From contig OZ024742.1 in assembly GCA_964016885.1 (NCBI GenBank), positions 255,378,001 through 255,442,000 on the forward strand: a DNA stretch of 64,000 nt. The letters are read 5' to 3'. The translations under genes and the position numbers were made by a program. Within the stretch, counting starts at the first letter, position 1. The number at the start of each line of letters is the position of its first letter. The notes under the pieces were generated by a model that did no database searches, was not told the DNA's origin, and saw nothing but the letters and a program-made list of their open reading frames with translations. The stretch comes from Eledone cirrhosa (taxonomy: Eukaryota). Shown here piece by piece: positions 1 to 14,302 of the stretch.

Positions 1-1465
1 ATGTCTGTCACATTGTATCATGTTCGTTCCTATAACTGACAAATGTGAATATCACTTTATGTCATGTTGGTTCCTATAACTGACAGATGTCAATATTATA
101 TCGTATACTGCTGGCTCCTATATCTGACAACAGATGTCAATATCACATTGTAGCATGTTGGCTCCTATAACTGACAGATGTCAATATTACATTGTATCAT
201 GTTGGCACCTATAGCTGACAGATGTCACTATGACATTGTATAATGTAAGTTCCTATAATTGACAGATGCCACTATCACATTGTAACATGTTTGTTTCTAC
301 AACTGACAGATGTCAGTATCATTTTGTATCATATAAGTTCCTATCACTGGCAGAAGATGTCAATATCATATTGTATCATATAAGTTTCTACAACTGACAG
401 ATGTCAATATCATATTGTATCATATAAGTTCTTATAACTGACAGATGTCAATATCATATTGTATCATATAAGTTCTTATAAATGACTGATGTCAATATCA
501 TATTGTATCATATAAGTTTCTACAACTGACAGATGTCAATATCATATTGTATAATATAAGTTCTTATAAATGACTGATGTCAATATCATATTGTATCATA
601 TAAGTTCTTATAACTGACAGATGTCAATATCATATTGTATCATATAAGTTCTTATAACTGACAAATGTCAATATCATATTGTATCATATACGTTTCTACA
701 ACTGACAGATGTCAATATCATATTGTATCATATAAGTTCTTATAACTGACATATGTCAATATCATATTGTATCATATAAGTTCTTATAAATGACTGATGT
801 CAATATCATATTGCATCATATAAGTTCCTATAACTGACAGAAGATGTCAATATCATATTGTAACATATAAGTTCTTATAACTGACAGATGTCAATATCAT
901 ATTGTATCATATAAGTTCTTTTAACTGACAGATGTCAATATCATATTGTATCGTATAAGTTCTTATAAATGACTGATGTCAATATCATATTGTATCATAT
1001 AAGTTCTTATAACTGACAGATGTCAATATCATATTGTATCATATAAGTTCTTATAACTGACATGTTAATATCATATTGTATCATATAAGTTCTTATAACT
1101 GACAGATGTCAATATCATATTGTATCATATAAGTTCTTATAACTGACATATGTCAATATCATATTGTATCATATAAGTTCTTATAAATGACTGATGTCAA
1201 TAACATATTATGTCATGCTGGTTCCTATAAATGATAGATGTCACTATCACATTGTATCACGTTCTTTACTGACAGATGTCAGTATCCCATTGTATAATGT
1301 TGTTTACTATAACTTACAGATGTCATTATTACGTTGGTTCCTATAACTGACAGATGTCAATATCACATTGTATCATGTTGGTTCCTATAACTGACAGAAG
1401 ATGTCCGTATCAATTGTAATATGCTGGTTCCTATAACTGATAGAAGATGTCAGTATCACATTGTC
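1..1465. repeat. 44-bp minisatellite, ~33 copies, truncated by the window start
   Basis: Unit ACTGACAGATGTCAATATCATATTGTATCATATAAGTTCTTATA repeats with period 44; homogeneous centre, diverged edges. Confidence 0.97.
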
Positions 1466-1489
1466 TCCTGCTGTGTGCTACACTATCAT

Positions 1490-1822
1490 TCATCATTTCA
1501 TTTTATGTCCGCTTTTTCCCTGCTTGCAAGGGTGGGACGGGAACTGATACTGGCTTGATTTCTACAGCTGGATGCCCTTCCTAACACCAACGTTATTTAC
1601 AGTGAACGCTGGGTGCTTTTTTTGCCGTGGCACCTCCATGACCACTTTGCAGGGGAATGATAGGGACCCCAGTCCCTATCATCTCATTTCTACAGCTGAG
1701 TAAACCGGAGCAATGTGAAATAAAGTGTCTTGCTCAAGGAAACAACACATTACCTGGTCTGAGAATTGAACTCACAACCTTTCGATTGCAAGACCAATGC
1801 TCTAACCACTAAGCCATGTGCT
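1490..1822 (-). mobile_element. tRNA-derived SINE-type repeat with CORE-like central segment (possibly two abutting elements)
   Basis: Reverse complement of 1700-1822 has A-box (TGGCTTAGTGG) and B-box-like (GAGTTCAATTC) motifs followed by TCCTTGAGCAAGACACTTTATTTCACATTGCTCC; related to 21640-21750. Confidence 0.7.
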
Positions 1823-2535
1823 TTGAGAAAATGTTGAAAAGTGTACCTATCAAAAATTTGATATTAGGAAGTAAACATCTATCACTGAATTTACTTTTCT
1901 AAATATATGTAAGGTAGATAAAATATAGTTTATAATGAAATAGGCGAATGTCTTGTGAATATCTGATGTATTTAAGATAAGACAGGCGATAGAGAATTGT
2001 TTTAAAAGTATATAACAAAGAGGGTTATAAATATCTGTGCTGTTTTCAAAGGAATGTCCATAAATGTATATCTTCAAAAATATCAATTCCTCTTTCTTTT
2101 CTCTACATCTGATGTTTTATTCTGTCCGTTTGTTTTCTTTCATTTCTTTTAAAATGTTTTCACCAAATAGTTTTGTATTTTGTTTGTTCTCCAGACACCT
2201 AGCAATGGTAATCTTGTGAAAAGAACTATACAGGCAGTTCAGAATGTGTAATTATTTAATGGCATGTGATGTTTTTTGGTTTTTATTTTTAATATTCTTC
2301 AAGCTTCAACCAACTTTTATGCGTATTCTTAATGACATAACTTTAATCATTTCGTTGATACTGATGACACCTCTTGCTCGCAAACTCATCACATTTTGGC
2401 AGAAATAAAATTGAATTTACGAGGAAAATCCTGCTGGGAAATTACCAGAATTTGTTTGTTAATTTTTTTCTTTTACCAGAATATAAAATACGAGACAATC
2501 CAAAATTCTGCTTTCTTTTAATATCACTATTAATA

Positions 2536-2788
2536 TTAACACTTTTGAAACCAAACCATCCTGGTTTTACGATACAAAGTGACCTCTGTAAAAGGTTCGT
2601 ACTAATATTGAAACAATCTACCATCATTGCGTTTAAGAAATTTTGTGAAATAATGCTCCAAATATAAGGCTAGTATTGAAAAAGTTGGTTATTTTATTAA
2701 ATTCTTCCAAATTCTTCGTTATTTTTCAAAATTAAATAACCCCCATGGTCAATATATTTCAATAGAAATATGACAATGAAAGGGTTAA
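2536..2788. mobile_element. TTAA-flanked non-autonomous DNA transposon (piggyBac-like MITE), degenerate
   Basis: Ends TTAACACTTTT...GAAAGGGTTAA; right half resembles 19040-19242; a similar left end TTAACCCTGTTATACC is at 18008. Confidence 0.5.
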
Positions 2789-4279
2789 CTTATGGGACCC
2801 ATGGACATTTCACGATTTTTATTTTTTGGGGGTTTATTTTGATAATATACAAGTTAATAATTATTTAAAACATTGTTTCATTGTGTCAATTTTGATAACA
2901 GTTTCAATTTCATGCGATAGATGAGGTTGTTTAATTCTTAACGTCCTGTACCGAATGAAACCCCATTACCAATGTTTTCTTAAAAATACAAAACAGTACG
3001 ATAACTGTGTTATATTAAGAATTAAAGTCTTTATTCTAATACTGCAAATTTTCACAATAGTAAAAATACTACAAACATTTGAATTAACAAACCTGTTTTT
3101 AAATATTTACTGCTAAATCATTACAAGATGTTCAGATTTAAAGAGTAATACACTTGATATTTTAGAGAGAGTGATTACTCGCTGTTGGACTTTTGGGTAT
3201 GTTACCTGGCGTGGTTACTGTGATATACCATGCGGTATCAGATCACTCATGAATGCTACTTGTAACATGTAACCCAGTAAAATGTTCCACATAGACGGAT
3301 CGTCGTCAACAACACCAGCAACCCCATCATGATTGATAGGTGAAGAAACTGGTTTTTGGACACCATGTGGAATGAAAAGCAAAACCTGTAAAATTGCGAA
3401 CGAACATTAGTGAATTAAAACGCGTAGACAGAGTTCCTTGGCTTTGGATGACAGTGGGAGAAAGATCAGTCACATTTCAAAGTTGGACCAGTTGGAACTC
3501 CTAAGTCACCTCCGTGATAACATTTCAAGTGGACAATGGCTTCGTCTTTGTGGTGAAAGCATATGAGCTGCGGATCGGTAGCCAGCTTCTGAATAATGGT
3601 CGGACGAGGATTCAGGGCCCGATGATGTCACTTCTTCCTCGATGGGTTTCATGAACATATAGCATCATATAGAAGAGCATTGGTGCAATTATCCATGGTC
3701 CCTGACCCTCAGCAATGACGGTGGAATGAGATCAAGACTAAGTCGAGGAGGATATTGTTAATATGATATACCTTGTGGTGTTTTGTGTGTGTGTGTGGGA
3801 GGCACTTCCAAATCGCCAAAAAGATGGACAAAACCACAATGCATATACATGAGCTGTTGGATATGTATCTGACATAAGCTGGAAAAAAATTAGATACTTA
3901 TTTAGGTTCAATAGATAATTCCCTTCCAGGTGATTCACAAAAAAGTATGTATGTGGCTCTCTTCTGCACCTTTTGTCTCTCTAATGTCATTACTTCCCGC
4001 AGAAGGGATTCAATAGATTTTGAGAATAATTCAAGATTGTGACTGTGATAGAAAACTTAAGGCAATTTATATAACTCATATTGGAAAGGCCCCCTAAAGA
4101 AGGATATTAACAATCTTCTTGTGGTGGTGCACGATGAAGGAGAGAGTACTCAAAAGCAGGATTATCCATCCTAAAGCAGGACTTCTGGTCACGATAAGTG
4201 GTATAGCCATTGTTGGTGTTTTTTATGCAGCTAATTACTTCCTAGGTATGACTGAGTGCTTTGCAATCACACAGTCATT

Positions 4280-4452
4280 ATCAGTAGAGAGTTGGACGCC
4301 ATGCTTTCCAGCATAGAGTTACGTCCCTTTACGGTCTGAGTTCAAATCCCGCCGAGGTTTACTTTGCCTTTCATCCTTACAGGGTCGATAAAATAAAGTA
4401 CCAGTAATGCACTGGGTATTTGCTGGCCTTGTGACTAAAGTAGAAACAATTA
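4280..4452 (+). mobile_element. tRNA-derived SINE, short family (MetaSINE-like central domain)
   Basis: B box GAGTTCAAATCC then TTTGCCTTTCATCCTTACAGGGTCGATAAAATAAAGTACCAG; near-identical copies at 16545, 20248, 40962, 53255, 63215. Confidence 0.9.
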
Positions 4453-4679
4453 TAATGATTCCACAGCGGGATATCTTGGGCAAGTGTTTCACTATAGCCT
4501 TGCGTCGACACACGACTTGAGTGTGAAATTGGGTAGATAGAAACTAGGTGGAAGTCCATCAGATAGATTCTACCTGCAATTCAAAGGTCCCGAATTCGCA
4601 CATTTAAATGGCTTCTGGAGTTTTATAGAAATATATAAAATTTGAAACAAGTGCATCTCTGTAAAAGAAGAGAAAGTAA

Positions 4680-4962
<283 letters not shown>

Positions 4963-5129
4963 AGCGGACACAGACATCAGGAAGTACGCTCAGCTGTAAT
5001 CAATTTATCAAGTGTATATTCAGCAGGAGGCTCACATAAAAATGTATGTTCACCCAGAAGATAATTAATCTGGTGGAGCGAAACAATTTTTCAATCGACT
5101 TTCTCTCACTTGGAAAGATACATTAACTG

Positions 5130-6370
5130 CTCACAACCATCTATAGTACACACACATACAACCATCTATACCACACATGCACACTGATGGACACACACAC
5201 ACACACACACACACAACCACATCTAGTATACTATATTACACACACACAACCATCTATACCACAAATACACACTGATGGACACACAGACACACAGACACAC
5301 ACACACACACACACAACCATATCTAGTATACTATAGTACACACACACAACCATCTATACCACAAATACACACTGATGGACACACAGACACACACACACAC
5401 ACACACAACCATATCTAGTATACTATAGTACACACACACAACCATCTATACCACAAATACACACTGATGGACACACAGTCACACACACACACACAACCAC
5501 ATCTAGTATACTATAGTTACACACATACAAGCATCTATACCACACATACACACTGATGAACACACACCTGCACACAACCACCTCTAGTACACATTTCACG
5601 TAAACATATGGACTAAGACACTCCACAACCATCAGACACAGATGGCCACATACATACACATACACCCACATTCATCTAGAGATGGACATAGATACGCACA
5701 CATAGATAGTCATACGCACACATAGACAGCCCTCTAGAGCACACATACATAATCATCTATAGTACACATCTCACACACACAGGTGGATACAGAGACACAT
5801 ACACACAGGCACATAGAGACAACGATCTATAGCACACATCTCACACACACACACAGGCGCAGATATACACAGATAGAGACAACGATCTATAGCACACATC
5901 TCACACACACACATACATAACCATCTATAGCACACATCTCACACACATACATAATCATCTATAGTACACATCTCACACACACAGGTGGATACAGAGACAC
6001 ATACACACAGGCACAGATATACACACATAGAGACAACGATCTATAGCACACATCTCACACACACAGGTGGATACAGAGACACATACACACAGGCACAGAT
6101 ATACACACATCTCACACACACACATACATAATCATCTATAGTACACATCTCACATACACAGGTGAGTGAACACAGAGACACATACAGATATACACACATA
6201 GAGACAACCATATATAGCACACATCTCACACGCACACATACATAATCATTAATAGTACACATCTCACACACTCACTGATGGACATAAGTACAAACTTACA
6301 CACCGAGACACATACATATTTACACTTACATACACACACATACAGATATACACATCCATCTATAGTACAC
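5130..6370. repeat. CA-rich compound minisatellites (two unit types)
   Basis: Recurrent CAACCATCTATACCACAAATACACACTGATGGAC (5160-5560) and ATCTATAGCACACATCTCACACAC / GGTGGATACAGAGACAC (5750-6270). Confidence 0.9.
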
Positions 6371-6783
6371 AGCTCACTAAAACAGATTGACACAGACACA
6401 CACACACACAGAGGCATTCACACAAACACCATGCATTCACATACACACACAGACATTCACATACACACACAAAGGAAATACACATAGACAAGCATTTACT
6501 CACACACATATATTTCCAGAAATACATACACATAGACATATATAGATTTATAACAGCTACAGACAGGCACATACCACGCATACAGACGTAGACAGACACA
6601 GACATATACAAACACACAGATAGACAGAGAAACAAACACTTACGTATTGCACACAGACACACACACGACACACGGCACACGCATCGTAGATAGACAAATA
6701 TGTCATACACAGAAAGACACACACAAAGAAACAGTGATGTCCACACACAAGAATGCCAGAATATGACCAACTCTCTTTCTCTC

Positions 6784-6844
<61 letters not shown>

Positions 6845-7154
6845 GCATACATATATATATATATATATGTGTATATATATATATGTATGTATATATATAT
6901 ATATAGCTATCTATCTATCTATCGACATGTTTCTATCATTTATTAATTTTTCTGTGCTTATGTCGATGTGTATGTATGTGTGTATGTAAGTATGTATATG
7001 TACGTATGCATATATATATATATGCATGTATGTATACACGTATATATGTATTAATGTATGCATATATATATATATATATGTGTATATGTGCATGTATGTA
7101 TGTGTATATGAATATATATACACACATACAGACACACGTGCACACATAAATATA

Positions 7155-7207
<53 letters not shown>

Positions 7208-7934
7208 TGGTACAAACATTCAACCCCCCCCCCCCCACACGCACACAGATATATATATATATATATATGTCACACCAGTCTTCCTGTTTCTGGAACATTC
7301 CAGAAACAAAGAGAGGTGCTTAATCACCTGACCATATCTGCCTTGTCTAGAATCATCTGTTTATTCTTCTCCAACGGTCAGAGCCTGATTGCCAAATGGC
7401 CTGACCTCGGCTTAGGAAAATCTTTCATTTCAGTGACCCTTCACACGATAAATGGTCAGAAATGTTGGCTGAGAAGTAATGCTTCTCTTACCTACGGTAA
7501 TGTTTACTTTTCCTCTTTTCATCCGGCACAAAATCTTTTAAAGATATGATCGCATTAAAAACCGTTCCACGTCTTTATTTTTGTCACCAATGGAAGTGAA
7601 AATATGTGGTCAAGTTTTTACGTTGTTGGACTCACGATCATATGCTCACGAGTTCAATTCCCAGACGTTTTATTTCACATTGCTTTTCATAATGTGCATG
7701 GGAACCTACCATTAAAACACCAGAGAAACCTCTCATGAGTCACGACTTCGTACTAGGTCAGCTAAACCTAGATTGGTGGGAACTATAAACACAATAAGTT
7801 GGTATCCAGCCTATCGTTAAAAACCCGATAAGCCTCTCTCTATGATATGCTGACTCGTAGAAAGTCAGTAAATCCACATACGAGGGAGCTGTAACAAGAG
7901 TATATATATATATATATATTATATATATATATAT

Positions 7935-8050
7935 ATAGGAACAAGTAAGACCCCGACGGCTGAGCTCAAGCCGTTTCGACGGCTAATTCAGTCCAGAATT
8001 AGCCGTCGAAACGGCTTGAGCTCAGCCGTCGGGTTCTTACTTGTTCCTAT
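7935..8050. repeat. ~55-bp-arm fold-back palindrome containing the 3' half of a hammerhead motif
   Basis: Arms 7935-7989 and 7996-8050 are reverse complements (1 mismatch); right arm reads GAAA-CGGCT..AGCCG-TC. Confidence 0.9.
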
Positions 8051-8315
8051 TACCCACTCTACTACCCTAAGTGTTGAGTACTTTGGTGCGTCATGGTCCA
8101 CCTGGTTCCTTACCATATTTCCTTCGTTATATATATATATATACTCTTGTTACAGGTTCCTCGTATGTGGGCTTATTATTTTATATATATTATTTTATAT
8201 ATATATATATGAGGGCGACCGGCAAAGGTGGAAGATGCTGGATAGCGGTCGTCCTCAGGTCTTTGATTTTCAGACCCATGGATTTTATCTATTACATTCA
8301 CTTATTATATTTCGA

Positions 8316-8373
8316 ATACCTGATGATATCACCGGATCCATACGGAACCCGGTCATTGAAATGATCATAGTAT
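8316..8373 (+). ncRNA. Minimal type I hammerhead ribozyme (PLE pLTR type)
   Basis: ATAC-CTGATGA-[ACCGG..CCGGT stem II]-GAAA-TGATCA-TA/GTAT; stem I ATAC:GTAT; palindromic stem III. Confidence 0.75.
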
Positions 8374-8444
8374 AATAAACCTTTCAAGGATTTACACAAG
8401 TCCAGCCTCCTGTCATTTCATTATAATATATATATATATGTGTG

Positions 8445-8736
8445 TGTATCTAGGACGGGTAAAATTCCCGAGATCCATGGACGAGTTCTCTCCAGCAGTC
8501 TCTGTCCCTCATCATCGCTGCCATATCCTGCGTCACCAACATACCAGTGTCTGTCCTTAGGGCATCAACATATGTCAACCTCGGTCTCCCTCTTCCAGTG
8601 TGTCCATGCAGGGGCTTCCACAGGAGCACCGAGTGCAGTGTCAACTCTGGATGTCGGTGTGCATGTCCAACTAACCTCAGCATTCTCGTGTAGCACACAT
8701 CCACCATCTGAGTGAGTTTCTTGATCAGTGTCAAGT
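8445..8736 (-). mobile_element. RTE-like LINE, 3'-terminal fragment
   Basis: [50 protein letters not shown], a typical RTE C-terminus; second copy at 46335-46535. Confidence 0.8.
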
Positions 8737-8802
8737 CTTAGACCCGCACATCAGTACAGACTCCACTACAGCAACGAAGAGACGTATACGTATACGTATA
8801 CG

Positions 8803-8884
<82 letters not shown>

Positions 8885-8893
<9 letters not shown>

Positions 8894-10381
8894 GAGGGTG
8901 TTAAAGTTTGCTTGAAGCATTGTGAAATGTGTAAAATACGTAGTTAAGAAAGCCACAACAATGCAGAGGGAAATCTCGAGGTAGGAAGTGAATAATAGAT
9001 AGGAGAAACAGGAGAAAGCGAAAATTGAGAGAGACAAAGATGAAAACAAAACAAAGGTAGAAGGGTTACCGTAGTGGAGATTTAATCCCAATATTTCGGG
9101 CTCACGCCCATCAACGGGGGAAAGTTCCAAAAGGGGGGGAACAGGCCAAGCGGAGAAAGTTGTGATGTCGTTAAGACAGGAATGCCGTTATGGGGAGAAA
9201 ATTATTTAAAATTTAAACGAGGGAAAGAATGCGCGTGCGCGTGATAGGCTGTGGCAAAAGCTACTGACCAAATGGGTTAAATCAAGAGGGTGCGCTAGCG
9301 TGTGAAAGCCGTAAAATATGTGTGTGTAACTGTGTGTGTATAAGTGTAAGCGTGTATATGTGTGAGTGTGTGTGTGTGTGAAAGATAGTGGGCTGTAGAA
9401 GCTGGAAATCAAAGGGTGTGAAAGGTGGTAGGTTGTAAAACATGTGTGCGTGTATAAATATAGATGTGTGTGTGTAAGCGTATGGGTATACATGTGTGTG
9501 TAACTGTGTGTGTATATGTGTGAGTGCGTGTGTGTGTGAAAGATAGTGGGCTGTAGAAGCTGGAAATCAAAGGGTGTGAAAGGTGGTAGGTTGTAAAAAC
9601 ATGTGTGCGTGTATAAATATAGATGTGTGTGTGTATGCGTATGGGTATGCATATACGTGCGTGTGTGTGAAGATAGCAGGCCGTAGGCTGTGAATGGTCA
9701 CTATGGTTAAGTTAGCCATGTCAGCTCATTTCTCTCAGCCCGGTTGTTAAGTGGGGGTCTGAGGTTCTTAATAACAAGTGCTTCCTTTATCCTTAAGGAT
9801 CCGATGCTGCGTTCAGTCGCTAGGACTGTGACCAAGGGTCTACCCTGTGGGTTTCCGCATTTAAGGATGTGTTTACGGAAGGAAGATGCGTTGGTGTTGA
9901 TATGTTCCTTGATACGAACATGTAGGGGTCGGATGGTGCTACCTATGTAAAACTTGTTACATTTATCGCATTGAATCTTATATACGACATAGGTGCGTAG
10001 GCAATCTGCCCCCCGTATCGGGCAGTTGCTGAGGGAACACGTCCCATCTGACTCGTCGGGTTTGTTGGAGAGGCATCTTCGCAGCGAAGGTCCTGTGTGG
10101 GCCAAATGTATGTCAAGTCCCTCCGTCCGTATGGCCCTGCGGATGGCGTTCGTGGTATATTCCGCTTGGCCTGTTCCCCACCTTTTGGAACTTTCCCCCG
10201 TTGATGGGCGTGAGCCCGAAATATTGGGATTAAATCTCCACTACGGTAACCCTTCTACCTTTGTTTTGTTTTCATCTTTGTCTCTCTCAATTTTCACTTT
10301 CTCCTGTTTCTCCTATCTATCATTCACTTCCTACCTCGAGATTTCCCTCTGCATTGTTGTGGCTTTCTTAACTACGTATTT

Positions 10382-10382
<1 letters not shown>
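8885..10382 (-). mobile_element. 5'-truncated Penelope-like element: GIY-YIG C-terminus plus pLTR, with a 5' inverted pLTR copy
   Basis: ORF 10105..9707 has VVYKIQCDKCNKFYIGSTIRPLHVRIKEH..IKEALVIKNLRPPLN; ~220-bp inverted arms 8933-9154 and 10161-10382; (TA)n at both ends. Confidence 0.9.
10194..10229 (+). ncRNA. Hammerhead-like motif with variant core CCGTTGA (mirror copy 9086-9121 on -)
   Basis: TCCC-CCGTTGA-T-GGGC GTGA GCCC-GAAA-TATT/GGGA; stems I and II intact; palindromic AATATT. Confidence 0.6.
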
Positions 10383-10426
<44 letters not shown>

Positions 10427-10495
10427 AATGGTAGCTATGGTGCTTCCATAGGCGGTATGCCAGTTGAGCACTCTGTTCTTACAGAGCAGAGTGTG

Positions 10496-11815
<1,320 letters not shown>

Positions 11816-12281
11816 CTGTGTGTGTACGTGTGCATACTTACATTTATGTATCCGCTGTGCTAGGGCGAATTTTAGTTTTAATATATATATATGTCTCACC
11901 AAAGACATTTTAAGCAGTAAATCTGACCATCATATCCGTCTCCCTCACCCTTAAAACTACTCTCAATCAATCATCTTGATTTTGCGCTTTGATTTTATTT
12001 TTTTATTTTTTAAATTCCTTTACATTTGTTTTCATCAACACTCCTTTGCTTTTATTCTCATTAACACTTCCCCAGACATCAACATTCCTTATATATATAG
12101 CCACACATTGCAACCTTAGATCAGTTTAACAATCGCCACCGACGAATGCGAGAAAGATAACCAGGATGTTTAAGAAATACCTTCCACTGAAGGTAACAAA
12201 GGAATTAGACCTACATAGCAAAATTATAAAATTATATAATTAAATTCTTATCGAATACCAACTACAAGTGAAGTAATCCTT

Positions 12282-12348
<67 letters not shown>

Positions 12349-12426
12349 TAGATAGATATATAGATATATAGATATAATATTAATCCAAAATATTAACAAA
12401 TATAGATATTCGTGTGATCAAGTATA

Positions 12427-12489
12427 TTTTATTATACATATTTCAGAGGTACTGAGCTATCTTCAACAGTACGTCCTCATCAGATAAAA
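12427..12489 (-). ncRNA. Type I hammerhead ribozyme at the 3' end of the PLE
   Basis: TTTTAT-CTGATGA-[GTACTG..CAGTAC]-GAAA-TATGTA-TA/ATAAAA; perfect 6-bp stem I. Confidence 0.8.
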
Positions 12490-13199
12490 TAAGATGATGC
12501 TTGACATACCTTGACTAAGTAGATGGTTAAAATTCAGTCATGGCAGTGAATAAGATAGGACAAAACTCAATATGTATATACTTTAAGATTGAGACATGAA
12601 AACATTACATATAATACAGAGGGTGCGTGTGAGAAAGCTTATAAAGATACATAATAATAAACAACTACTAATATAATATAAACCTACATAACTGTTAGAA
12701 ATTTAAATAATTTAAATTATTGAAGAAAGAAGAAGTGAAAGACAGAGAGAGAAACAGATGAGGAAAAAGAGAATGACTAGAAGTATAGAATTATCTTAAG
12801 CTCGAAAGCAAAAGAAAATTGATTAAGGATAGAGAGAGGAGGAGAAAATACTTTTTATAGTATAAAACATAAGGAGGGAGATTTGTATTGTCATGGATAA
12901 ACAGCGTATAATTAGATGATGCAAATTTATATATATAAATATATATAATTGGGCATAGCTTTGTGAATGAATAATTTCGAATCGTTAAATTATTTAGAAA
13001 TAATCAATCAATCAAATATATATCTGGGTGTAGTTATATGACGGTTTATTTTCGAATCCTTAAGTTAATTAAAAATAGTCAATTAATCAAATATATATAT
13101 CCCAGCGCATCCGGATGAGCGTTAAATTTCGAATCTTTATGTTAGTTAGAAATAGTGAATTGATCTAATGGCATATGATTTCTGACTATAAAATTTATA

Positions 13200-14302
13200 A
13201 GCATTTATATTATAGTATATCATATTTAAAGTATTTGCAAACATGAGAAAGAAAAGAGTTAAGATTTTCTTCATCCAGAAGGTAATCCAAATTAAATTAT
13301 ATAAAAAAAAAAATTTTTATATTAAAAATTTTTATATTAAAAAATAATCATTAAAAAAATTTAGAAAATAATTACAATTATAAATTTAAAATTAGAATGC
13401 CCTTAAGTATCCAAAGGCCATATAAGTGTACTTAAAAAGGATATTATTAAACTAGATATACGTATTTGTCTAAATTTATAAAAAGAGTACATTGTTTAAA
13501 GTTTAAGACGATATTAGTCAGTTATATATAATATAATAAATATAATTACTGTTAATAGTGTTAAAAAATAAAGTTTTACGTCAAGTATTATATTAAAAAG
13601 ATTATTCAACTAGGATCATGTAATACATATACTATAAATATACAAATCAAACTTCATGAATCATAAAACACAGATTCAAAATAAATAAACGAATGGTTTG
13701 CTGTCCTATAAGTGTCAAATATATAAGCTATATGATTTAAAAATACAAGAAAATGTTTAAGGATTTATATTATAGTATAATATCATATTTAAAATGTTTG
13801 CAAACATGAGAAAGAAAAGACTTAAGATTTTCATCAAACCGAAGGTAATCCAAATTTAATTATATTATATTATTTAATTATATAAAAAAAAAAAATTATA
13901 TTAAAAAATAATCATTATATAATTTAGAAAATAATTAACAATTATAAAACTAGAATGCCCTTAAGTATCAAAAGGCCTTATAAATGTACTTGAAAAGGAT
14001 ATTATTAAACTAGATATACACATTTGTCTAAATACATACAGAGTATACTGTTTAAAGTTTAAGACGATATTAGTCAATTATATATATAATAAATACAATT
14101 ACTGTTAAGTGTTTTAAATAAAGTTTTACATCAAGTTAAGTGGAACAAGTTAGTCGACTAGGATCGTGTACGACACATATACCATAAATATATAAATCAA
14201 ACTTCTTGAATCTTAAAACAACATATTCAAAATAAATAAATGAATGGTTTACGATTCCACATAATTGTCAAACATATAAGCTATATATTTTAAAAATACA
14301 AT
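13200..14302. repeat. ~560-bp diverged tandem duplication in the PLE 3' region
   Basis: ATTTATATTATAGTATA..TTTGCAAACATGAGAAAGAAAAGA at 13203 and 13763, collinear throughout. Confidence 0.9.

Noticed and set aside
1-1465. CRISPR-like appearance of the regular array
   Set aside because: No unique spacers; the whole 44-bp unit repeats; eukaryotic context and no cas genes
4280-4452. tRNA gene calls from GTTCAAATCC/GTTCGAATCC motifs
   Set aside because: These are SINE heads followed by a shared body; no complete cloverleaf
7285-7309. 11-bp hairpin TGTTTCTGGAA-ca-TTCCAGAAACA
   Set aside because: Single short palindrome with no second copy or associated motif; cannot be interpreted
12135-12175. 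CCGACGA..GAAA as a variant HHR
   Set aside because: No convincing stem I or stem II pairing
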